NCBI RefSeq assembly: GCF_000010065.1
Contig: NC_006576.1
Location: 420,001-452,000 of the forward strand
DNA length: 32,000 nt
Reading direction: 5' to 3'
Source: Synechococcus elongatus PCC 6301
Lineage (GTDB): Bacteria > Cyanobacteriota > Cyanobacteriia > Synechococcales > Synechococcaceae
Part shown: positions 6,506 through 14,724 of the stretch, piece after piece
Numbering within the stretch: position 1 is the stretch's first letter
Layout: every line of letters starts with the position of its first letter
Made by a program: the position numbers and the translations under genes
Notes under the pieces: generated by a model
Told to the model about the DNA's origin: nothing
Database searches by the model: none
What the model saw: the letters and a program-made list of their open reading frames with translations, nothing else

Positions 6506-7411
6506 CTAGGCGGCGATCGCCTTGGTGGCATAAGAACCTTGGGTAAGCTCCTGAAACACCCCAGGAGCCACAGGTTGCCAGTGAAGTAGTTGTCTGGCGC
6601 GATCGCCCGAGACCCGTTGATCGAGAGTAAGCGCATCGGCCAAATCTCCCCAGATTGCCCGAGCCTCCTCCAGCGTCAAGTGCTGCAAGCGATCACCCAG
6701 TCCTAATGTCTTGGCGATCGTCAGAGCCACTTGTTGCATCGAGACAGACTCGCCACTGGCACCAATCAGCAGGGTTCTGGCTGGTGCCTGCTCAATCGCT
6801 GCGACATAGAGTGCTGCCAGATCATCGATGTGAATGAAGGACCAAGCATTGTCTCCTGCACCAATCACGGGGACTGCCCCTTGGCTTTGGCCTGCTTGCA
6901 TCAGCATGGGAAGCAAGCCCCCACCCCGTCCATAGACGAGTGCAGGCCGAATCACGATCGATCGCACCCCTTGGTCAGCCGCCGACAAAACCAGTGCTTC
7001 CACGGCGGGTCGCCATGCCACCAGCGCTGGTGGATTGAGCGGGAACGTTTCATCCGCGACCGTTGCGCCGGTATTACCCATGACCCAAAGGCCGCTGGTG
7101 TAGAGGAAGGGTTTTTGAGTGCCTGCGATCGCTGCCAACAAAGTTTTCACAGCTTGCCGATCCACCAGACCCATAGCTGCATCATTGGTGGCAGCCGTGT
7201 GAATGACCGCATCAGCTTGAGCCGCGGCTTGTTGCAAGGCGACGGCATCCGTGAGGTCACCGCGACAGGGTTGAATTCCCGCAGCCTCTAGTCGCTGAGC
7301 CGTAGCTGCCGATCGCGCCAAGGCAGTCACCCGATGGCCTTTGGACTGAATAGCAGCCGCGATCGCCCGCCCTAAATAACCCGTTGCGCTTGTGAGGAGG
7401 ATGTTCATCAA
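6506..7411 (-). CDS. NAD(P)-binding atypical SDR (epimerase/NmrA-like)
   Basis: The N-terminal Rossmann motif is MNILLTSATGYLGRAI. The protein is 301 aa and is divergent from a MarR gene. Confidence 0.8.
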   Translation of the reverse strand: MMNILLTSATGYLGRAIAAAIQSKGHRVTALARSAATAQRLEAAGIQPCRGDLTDAVALQQAAAQADAVIHTAATNDAAMGLVDRQAVKTLLAAIAGTQKPFLYTSGLWVMGNTGATVADETFPLNPPALVAWRPAVEALVLSAADQGVRSIVIRPALVYGRGGGLLPMLMQAGQSQGAVPVIGAGDNAWSFIHIDDLAALYVAAIEQAPARTLLIGASGESVSMQQVALTIAKTLGLGDRLQHLTLEEARAIWGDLADALTLDQRVSGDRARQLLHWQPVAPGVFQELTQGSYATKAIAA

Positions 7412-7439
7412 TGATCCTTCGGGCTAGAACTCGCCCAGA

Positions 7440-7463
7440 AACTATCTTGATATCAAGATAGTT
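7440..7463. promoter_or_regulatory. Perfect 24-bp palindrome AACTATCTTGATATCAAGATAGTT, a candidate MarR operator
   Basis: The sequence is its own reverse complement. It lies in the 101-bp divergent SDR/MarR intergenic region. It overlaps a possible minus-strand promoter (TTGACA at 7483-7478, TATCTT at 7460-7455). Confidence 0.5.
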
Positions 7464-7486
7464 AAGGTAAAGGCGACTGTCAAGAA

Positions 7487-7506
7487 TCTCGACGTCGAGA
7501 TATAAT
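7487..7506 (+). promoter_or_regulatory. Second palindrome TCTCGACGTCGAGA abutting a consensus -10 box TATAAT, 6 nt upstream of the MarR ATG
   Basis: The 14-bp palindrome is at 7487-7500, TATAAT at 7501-7506 and the ATG at 7513. This spacing implies a leaderless or near-leaderless mRNA. Confidence 0.4.
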
Positions 7507-7512
7507 GAAGCC

Positions 7513-8013
7513 ATGGCTTCAGACAAAATCGATCGCATTCTTGAGCAGTGGCAGCAGGAACTGCCCCAGGTCAACGTCGCTCCGCTCGCTGTCACGGGTC
7601 GGTTGTTGCGCATTGCCCGTCTGCTCGAAAAGCAGCGCGAGACCTTGCTGGCGAAGTACGGTCTCAGTGTTTGGTCCTTTGATGTGCTGGCAACGCTGCG
7701 CCGTCAGGGGCCGCCCTATCAACTCAAGCCAACGGATCTCTACAGCCTGTTGATGCTCTCCTCGGGGGCGATGACTAATCGCATCGATCGCCTAGAGCAG
7801 GATGGAATTGTGGTGCGATCGCGAAGTGGCAGCGATCGCCGTAGCGTGATTGTGCAACTGACGCCCAAAGGCATTGCGCTTGCAGATGCAGTGATGCCTG
7901 TCCTTTTTGCTCAAGAAGGGGCGCTGCTCTCCGAATTTGCGACTCCAGAGGAGGTGGAGAGACTTGTACCGCTCCTGAGAAGACTGCTGTTAGCAATGGA
8001 TGCAGCTGAGTAA
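7513..8013 (+). CDS. MarR family transcriptional regulator
   Basis: 166 aa with a winged-helix pattern (LSVWSFDVLATLRRQG...LSSGAMTNRIDRLEQDGIVVRSRSGSDRRSVIVQLTPKG). Confidence 0.9.
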   Translation: MASDKIDRILEQWQQELPQVNVAPLAVTGRLLRIARLLEKQRETLLAKYGLSVWSFDVLATLRRQGPPYQLKPTDLYSLLMLSSGAMTNRIDRLEQDGIVVRSRSGSDRRSVIVQLTPKGIALADAVMPVLFAQEGALLSEFATPEEVERLVPLLRRLLLAMDAAE

Positions 8014-8356
8014 TTAGGCCATTTCACAACGCAAAATCCGGCTACGAAGCAGCTAACTGTTTAGAGCCAGAGAACTTTCAAACCGAATTTTTAGAGCAGA
8101 CTGGTAGGCGATCGCTATTCCTTTGTGACGTCCAAACGATGTCACTTCTCTCATGTGGTTTAATTTTCACCAAGTTCAAACACCGCAGTTTATGTGTATT
8201 TCTGTTTATTGGCTGCCATTGCTGTTTCCGGCTGTCATACTAGCGATGCTAGGAAAAGCCCCCCTATAAAAACGGTATCTTTGTGGACTCCTGAGTGGTC
8301 ACAGGAAGCTTTAGACTATCGTGGCCAGTCGCTGCTCAATTTGCAGAACACCGACG

Positions 8357-11300
8357 ATGGAACAATCTTCACGCCAGTTCTTCGAGCAAATTAGCCGCGA
8401 AGATTGGGAACAAACGCCGGAAAGTGTTCAGCAACTCGTTAGAGCACTACTCGCTGAAAGCGACTTGGTCACCGAGGAAAGTGAACAAGCAAGTACTGGC
8501 CGTCTTGCCATCGATCAATACTTTCGAGAGAGTCTACGCTACCAACAGGTTGTCGAAGCCCAGACAGACTTGATTCTGCGATCGCGTTCAGATACGACGG
8601 TTGTATTTGCCAACAAACCTCTTTGTCAAGTTCTTGGTTGGCAAGATGGAGATATCAGCGGACAAACTTGGGGAAACTTGGTTCCTCCAAATGATCTCTC
8701 TGAACTTCATGAAAAAATTGCAGGATTAAGCCTAGAAAATCCAACTTTTGAAAGCTTAAACCGTAACTACGGAGCTGATCAGAGAATAAAATGGATTCAA
8801 TGGGTTAATCAAGGCATCTTTAATGACAGAGGAGAGCTGATTGAGATCCAGTCTGTTGGCCGAGATGTCACAACTCTAATTGAGCAAATCACAAGGGAAA
8901 AAACATTAAATTATGTCTTTGAAGCAATCCGAAATTCCCTGGATTTAGAGGTTATTTTTGCAACTGCAACTAAAGAATTAGCGAAAACATTAAATGGTTT
9001 AGATTGTTATATTGTCCAGTATTTGGAAGAGCAAAGAATCTGGACTCATGTTGCTGAGTTTCAGCATGACGAAAATCAAGAATCAAGACTCGGCATTGAG
9101 ATTCAGGACTTAGACAACCCTTTCGCAGAACAGTTAAAAAAATTCCAAGTTGTTAGAGTTGAAAATACTCAAAATATTAATGACAAGATCAATAGAGAGC
9201 TAGCTAAGTCTACACCTGGAGCGTGGCTACTGGTTCCCTTGATTGTTGAAGAAAAATTATGGGGGAGCTTCACAATTGTTTCAAATCAGAAACCTTTTAT
9301 ATGGAGTGATGGTTATGTTGATCTTGCCAGAAGTATTTCTAGACAATTAGAGATTGCTATTTATCAAGCTGATCTCTATCAAAAAATTCAACAGGAACTA
9401 AGCGATCGCAGCAAAGCAGAGCTGGCTCTACAAGAAAGCCAGACCCGATTTCAAAGAATCGCTGACAATTTGCCAGGAATTATTTATGGCTATAAATTGA
9501 GGCAGGATGGCACAGATCAATTCACCTATATTAGTTCTGGTTTTAGAGAGGTTTATGGCATTGATCCAGAAACAGCTTTAGAAAACAGTAATGTTGTTTG
9601 GGGAATGATTCATCCAGAAGATATTGAGTACTTAAAGACTTCAATCATCAAGTCTCAGCAAACACTTAAAACTTGGAAGGTTGAATATCGAATCATTACT
9701 AAGAATGGTGAATTAAAATGGATGCAGGGACGAGCTCGTCCGACTCGCCAAGAAAACGGTGAGACTTTTTGGGATGGACTCATTATTGATATTAGCGATC
9801 GCAAAAAAATAGAAGCTGAATTACAAACAAGTGAGGAGCGCTATCGGCTACTAGCTGAAAATATGAATGATTTAGTCTGTTTGCATCAAGCAGATGGAAC
9901 TTACCTTTATGTCAGCCCTTCTGCTGAAGCCCTACTGGGATTCAGTAGTGAGGAAATGGTCGGCCAGAACCCCTATGATTTTTTCCACCCAGAAGACTGC
10001 GATCGCATCCGAGATGAAGCTCACCAAGCCGTGTTAATGGGGGCCGAACTACCGATTGTTTATCGAATGCGAAAAAAACTAGGGGGATATATTTGGTTTG
10101 AGACTCTCACTAAACCGATCATGGATGATCAAGGTGTTGTGATTGGACTACAAACAACCTCTCGGGATGTAACTCAGCGTATTGAAATTCAAAATCAGCT
10201 TCAATATGATGCTTGTCACGATAGTCTAACGGGGTTAGCTAACCGTAATTTACTAATTGAAAGACTTGAACTATCGCTTAAAAGATCAAAAAGATTACAA
10301 AACTATAAGTACGCAGTCTTATTCCTTGATCTCGATCGCTTCAAAGTGATTAACGATAGCTTGGGGCATATCACAGGCGATCAGCTTTTGGTCAGCATCG
10401 CCCAAAAGCTACAGTCAATAATTCGCTCTCATGACTTGGCTGCTCGCTTAGGAGGTGATGAATTTGTAGTTCTAGTCGAGGATATTCAAACCTTTGATGA
10501 GCCAATCAAAGTTGCCGAGCGAATTCTTGCAGCTATTCAAGTTCCTTTAGAACTCGAAGAACGGTCAATTTACACCTCAACAAGTATTGGCATTGTCTTT
10601 GGTAGCCATGAGTATGAGAGTGCAACACAGCTGCTGAGAGATGCGGATACTGCGATGTATCGGGCAAAATCTAGGGGTAGAGCTCGCTACGAAGTTTTTG
10701 ATAGCGCAATGCATTCTCAAGCTTTAGCGAGGTTACATCTCGAAAATGACTTGCGGCAAGCGATCGCTCGACAAGAATTTGTCCTCTACTACCAGCCAAT
10801 TATCCAATTGCAGACTGGTAAGATTACAGGCTTCGAGGCTTTGATTCGTTGGCAGCATCCAACTGAGGGCATCAAGCTGCCGATCGACCTAATCCCTATT
10901 GCGGAAGAGACGGGTTTAATCACCAGTATTGACTATTGGGTACTAAATCAAGCCTGTCGGCAGCTCTCTGAATGGCAAGCCAGCTATTCACAGGCAGCAG
11001 ATTTAAGTATGAGCGTGAATCTATCGGCTCAAAACCTTCAGCATGACCACCTCATGGATGAAATTCAATCGGTTTTGCAAGCTACAAAGATTAAGCCTGG
11101 CTCATTAACTTTAGAAATTACGGAAAGTATGCTGATTGAAAATACCGATCAGACAATTCAACTACTTGCCGCCATTAATGAGCAAGGCATAGAAATTAGC
11201 ATTGATGACTTTGGAACCGGATATTCCTCGTTGAGTTATCTGCACAAACTACCTGTCAACAACCTAAAGGTTGATGGCTCGTTTGTTCGTAAAATTACGA

Positions 11301-11500
11301 CTGAATCAACTAATTACCAGATCGTTAATACTATCATTGCCCTAAATAATCAACTAGGACTAAAAGCGATCGCAGAGGGAATTGAAACCCATGAGCAACT
11401 CGACCTACTTAGTCAGTTAGGCTACCAGTATGGCCAAGGATATCTCTTTGCTAGACCCCTTAATGCCAAAGATGTTGAGCAGCTTTTCTTGAGCAATTAA
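8357..11500 (+). CDS. Multidomain c-di-GMP signalling protein: PAS, GAF, two PAS, GGDEF and EAL domains
   Basis: It has an intact GGDEF motif (RLGGDEFVV) and EAL motifs (FEALIRW, DDFGTGYSSLSYL). PAS/PAC repeats are present (WKVEYRIITKNGELKWMQ; IVYRMRKKLGGYIWFE). The ORF opens at 8321 (GTG), and the first ATG is at 8357. Confidence 0.9.
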   Translation: MEQSSRQFFEQISREDWEQTPESVQQLVRALLAESDLVTEESEQASTGRLAIDQYFRESLRYQQVVEAQTDLILRSRSDTTVVFANKPLCQVLGWQDGDISGQTWGNLVPPNDLSELHEKIAGLSLENPTFESLNRNYGADQRIKWIQWVNQGIFNDRGELIEIQSVGRDVTTLIEQITREKTLNYVFEAIRNSLDLEVIFATATKELAKTLNGLDCYIVQYLEEQRIWTHVAEFQHDENQESRLGIEIQDLDNPFAEQLKKFQVVRVENTQNINDKINRELAKSTPGAWLLVPLIVEEKLWGSFTIVSNQKPFIWSDGYVDLARSISRQLEIAIYQADLYQKIQQELSDRSKAELALQESQTRFQRIADNLPGIIYGYKLRQDGTDQFTYISSGFREVYGIDPETALENSNVVWGMIHPEDIEYLKTSIIKSQQTLKTWKVEYRIITKNGELKWMQGRARPTRQENGETFWDGLIIDISDRKKIEAELQTSEERYRLLAENMNDLVCLHQADGTYLYVSPSAEALLGFSSEEMVGQNPYDFFHPEDCDRIRDEAHQAVLMGAELPIVYRMRKKLGGYIWFETLTKPIMDDQGVVIGLQTTSRDVTQRIEIQNQLQYDACHDSLTGLANRNLLIERLELSLKRSKRLQNYKYAVLFLDLDRFKVINDSLGHITGDQLLVSIAQKLQSIIRSHDLAARLGGDEFVVLVEDIQTFDEPIKVAERILAAIQVPLELEERSIYTSTSIGIVFGSHEYESATQLLRDADTAMYRAKSRGRARYEVFDSAMHSQALARLHLENDLRQAIARQEFVLYYQPIIQLQTGKITGFEALIRWQHPTEGIKLPIDLIPIAEETGLITSIDYWVLNQACRQLSEWQASYSQAADLSMSVNLSAQNLQHDHLMDEIQSVLQATKIKPGSLTLEITESMLIENTDQTIQLLAAINEQGIEISIDDFGTGYSSLSYLHKLPVNNLKVDGSFVRKITTESTNYQIVNTIIALNNQLGLKAIAEGIETHEQLDLLSQLGYQYGQGYLFARPLNAKDVEQLFLSN

Positions 11501-11538
11501 AATCCTCAGGGCTAGACTAAGTTGCGATATTTAATTGT

Positions 11539-14500
11539 TTAGTTTTTACTAGTTGCCTCGCAAATACTGCGATAGCTGCAATATTGACAGCAGAGTCCTG
11601 GCTGAGGATCAAAGTCACCTTGGGCTAACTGGACGGCAGCTCGTTCAGCTTGATCAGGAATGAATTCAATTTCAATCCAATCCAGTTGATTGTGGCGGAG
11701 CCAAGCGATCGCGGCTTGTGGGCGATTGAGAGCCGCAGCATAAGCCCAAAGCTGCAACTGATAATTCTCTGGTTGAGGTTGCTGATCGGTTTTGAAATCC
11801 AGGACCCAATCCGCTCCGACTAGATCGGCCCGCCCCTTGAGCACTAGGCCGCTACTGAGTTCCAAGTGCAGAGTCACTTCACGCTGTTGAGCCTGCTCAC
11901 GAACAGCGCTGTAAACGGGTTCCGTCGCAAAGCAGCTAGCTAACTGCAGTGCCTGCGGAATCAGGTCTTGATCTTCAGCAGCACAGTAAGGCTTGAGTGC
12001 TTCTGGCTGACGTAAATCGAGTTCAAGGGCACGATGGACTAAGAGCCCTAGTTGTGGCGGCCGATCGCTCGTCCCTGCGCCTTCCCCATCGATCGCGCCG
12101 GGATGCCCCTGGGTATAGCGGAAGTGAAAAAGGGCTGGACAACGGAAATAGTCCGCAAATGCTGAAACAGAGAGCTCACTGTACTGGGGAGCGATCGCGG
12201 CTGTGGACTGCCAGAACAGGGGTGCATCCGCAGTGGGTAACGTCGCCGTAACCGCAATCTCCGTTCCTGAGTTGGGATCAAGCGGTTGGATCGCAGCTTG
12301 TTCTAGTCCGGGGGCGAGTAGATCCAGAGGCGATCGCGCCTCTGCAGATTTGGGACTGGTGAGCAGGAGCAAGTCACGCGCCCGCGTAAAGCCAACGTAG
12401 AGTAACCGCCTGGTTTCGGCGTCTTCGGCTTGCTGTTTGCGGTACTTGAAAAACTGATAGGCAGCGGCCTGTTCTTTGACGTAGGGTTGCCGCAGAGCGA
12501 CTCCGAGCTCAGTATCAAACAGAACTGTTTCAGCTTGCGATCTCGGTTTAGCGGTGAGATCGGGAATGATCACGACCGGCCATTCCGAACCCTTTGATCC
12601 GTGTAAGGTCATCAGGGTAACGGCATTACCCGCTTTTAGGACGGGACGCGGCAGGACGACTTCGGCCTGTTGTAATTGCTTCCAATAGCGCAGCAACAAC
12701 TCCAGATCATGCGCTTGAGGTTGTTCACGCAGAAAGGTCAGCAGGGCTTGCCAATCGGCCAGCAGTCGTTGAGCTTGGGGTAAGCTAGCCAGCACAGCAC
12801 TGTAGCCCGTGGCGCGATCGAACTGCTGCACCAGCCGCAGAGGTGATTCGAAAAAGCGCGATCGCAGCAGGCCTTCCAAAATTTTGATGGCGGCCGCAAA
12901 CGCTGGATCTGGCCGTTCCTGACGATGACTCCACCAGCCTTTGCCTTGCTGGGCTCGCTGATAGAGCTGGGCATCGCTGAGGCCAAAGGCCGGACTGCGC
13001 AACAGGGTCGCTAGGGCGAGGTCGTTGCTGGGATAGACCAAAAACTCCAGCAGCGCTTGCAAGTCATAACCGACAGGGGTTTCGAGGAGGCTACCGCCCC
13101 CATTGACCAGCACGGGAATCCCAGCCTGATTGAGAACTTCGCCGTAGACCGTTTCCAAGGGTGCGCGCCGCCGGCAGAGAATGGCAATGTCGCCGTAGGC
13201 GATCGGGCGATGTTGGTTGCTCGGCTTGTCCCAAACCAGTAGTGGTTGCTGGATCCAAGTCTGGATCTGCTGAGCGATCGCGGTGGCTTCTTGGATGCGG
13301 GCTTGCTCGAGAGAATCTTTCTCTTCCGGCTCAATCACCAGTTGCTGAATGGGTGGCAGCGGATGGGGCGGCTGGCGATCGCTGCGGAGAGGTTGATAGG
13401 GATCAAGCACCGGCTCAAAGACTTGATTGATGGTTTCGAGCAGCGTTTGGTGGGTGCGGAAGCTCTGGCTCAGCGTGACGATGTGCCCTTGGTGCTGCTG
13501 GATTTGCTGTTGCCAATTGCGAAACACTTGAGTGGCCGCGCCACGGAAGCCATAGATCGACTGCTTCTCATCACCAACCAAAGTCAGGATCAGGTGTTGT
13601 GGATCCCAGAGGGCTTGCAGAATCTGGCTTTGCGTGGGGTTGGTGTCTTGGAATTCATCGACAAAGCAATAGCGCCAGCGTTGTTGATAGTGCGATCGCA
13701 CGGCTTCGCTTTCGAGTGCTCGCACCGCACCACGCTCTAGGTCATTGAAGTCGAGGCAGCGATCCTGTCGCTTGCGAGCATCAATGCTCTTAAGAACGGT
13801 TTCAAACGCTTCGTAGATCCGCGATCGCTGGTCTCGATTCCAATCATCTGCCTCGTTAGGACGCAGACTCAGCAATGATTCCTCATCCCTGAGGCGATCG
13901 CGGAGAACTTTGCACTGGGTGCGCAACAGCTTTGCCGTATCGGCACTGCCCCAGTTTTTCGCTGAGCCAGCCTGAGTCAGTTTCAGCTTAATGAATTCGT
14001 CATAGGTTGCTTGCCAATTTGAGTTGGCCGGATCGAAGAGCGTATCTGACCAAGCGAGAATTTGCTGAATTTGGTCGCTGAGAGCATCCGCTTCACGCCA
14101 ACTTGCTCCGCTGAGATCCTCGATCGCAGCTTGCCAATCAGAGGACTGCTGGATTTGTTGCAGGCGATCGCGCTGAGCTTGAGCGAGTACCTCACGCCAT
14201 TGTTCAGATTCGACTGCGAGTAGCGCTTGACTGCGAACCGGATCATCCAGCAGCGTTTCGAGCAGCGGTCGCCACTCGCTGTAATCCATGACATCGAAGC
14301 AGCTTGGATCCAGTTCCTGCATCGCTGCCGTCAGCACGGTCTGCTGCCAGAGCTTGCCTGCAAGATCATCGAGGATCGTGAAATCCGCCGGTTGTCCCGC
14401 TGCGGCGGGATGTTCGCGACAAATCCGGGCACAGAGGCTATGAAAGGTACTGATTTGAGCAGCTTCAACTTCAGCCAACCAATCAGAGCGATCGGGCCAT

Positions 14501-14724
14501 TTGTTCCCAACGGCTTTACGGATCCGCGATCGCAATTCAGCGGCTGCCTTCTCGGTAAAGGTCAGCACGACAATTTCCAGCGGCGAAACCGACTCGGACG
14601 CTTGCTGTAGATGCCAGAGGTAGCGCTGACTGAGCAATTCTGTTTTGCCGGTGCCAGCACCCGCCGTAACCGCTACCGAACCTGCTGCTTGAACAGCTTG
14701 GCGTTGTTCCTCAGTCAGCTTCAT
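11539..14724 (-). CDS. AddA-like UvrD/Rep-family helicase with a C-terminal PD-(D/E)XK nuclease domain
   Basis: It has a Walker A motif (GAGTGKTELL) and UvrD motifs (VDEFQDTNP, GDEKQSIYGFRGA, LSQSFRT). The C-terminus has ...RADLV...VLDFKTD...QLQLWAY plus Cys residues at FRCP and CCQYCSYRSIC. Confidence 0.85.
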   Translation of the reverse strand: MKLTEEQRQAVQAAGSVAVTAGAGTGKTELLSQRYLWHLQQASESVSPLEIVVLTFTEKAAAELRSRIRKAVGNKWPDRSDWLAEVEAAQISTFHSLCARICREHPAAAGQPADFTILDDLAGKLWQQTVLTAAMQELDPSCFDVMDYSEWRPLLETLLDDPVRSQALLAVESEQWREVLAQAQRDRLQQIQQSSDWQAAIEDLSGASWREADALSDQIQQILAWSDTLFDPANSNWQATYDEFIKLKLTQAGSAKNWGSADTAKLLRTQCKVLRDRLRDEESLLSLRPNEADDWNRDQRSRIYEAFETVLKSIDARKRQDRCLDFNDLERGAVRALESEAVRSHYQQRWRYCFVDEFQDTNPTQSQILQALWDPQHLILTLVGDEKQSIYGFRGAATQVFRNWQQQIQQHQGHIVTLSQSFRTHQTLLETINQVFEPVLDPYQPLRSDRQPPHPLPPIQQLVIEPEEKDSLEQARIQEATAIAQQIQTWIQQPLLVWDKPSNQHRPIAYGDIAILCRRRAPLETVYGEVLNQAGIPVLVNGGGSLLETPVGYDLQALLEFLVYPSNDLALATLLRSPAFGLSDAQLYQRAQQGKGWWSHRQERPDPAFAAAIKILEGLLRSRFFESPLRLVQQFDRATGYSAVLASLPQAQRLLADWQALLTFLREQPQAHDLELLLRYWKQLQQAEVVLPRPVLKAGNAVTLMTLHGSKGSEWPVVIIPDLTAKPRSQAETVLFDTELGVALRQPYVKEQAAAYQFFKYRKQQAEDAETRRLLYVGFTRARDLLLLTSPKSAEARSPLDLLAPGLEQAAIQPLDPNSGTEIAVTATLPTADAPLFWQSTAAIAPQYSELSVSAFADYFRCPALFHFRYTQGHPGAIDGEGAGTSDRPPQLGLLVHRALELDLRQPEALKPYCAAEDQDLIPQALQLASCFATEPVYSAVREQAQQREVTLHLELSSGLVLKGRADLVGADWVLDFKTDQQPQPENYQLQLWAYAAALNRPQAAIAWLRHNQLDWIEIEFIPDQAERAAVQLAQGDFDPQPGLCCQYCSYRSICEATSKN

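Noticed and set aside
8192-8394. Small ORFs upstream of, or overlapping, the start of the GGDEF-EAL gene. One is a 66-aa ORF with a lipobox-like VSGC. The other is a 25-aa hydrophobic ORF from the ATG at 8192.
   Set aside because: The 66-aa ORF has a GTG start, no positively charged n-region, and overlaps the likely start of the large gene. Neither ORF has supporting signals. They could be upstream ORFs, but that is not demonstrable from sequence alone.
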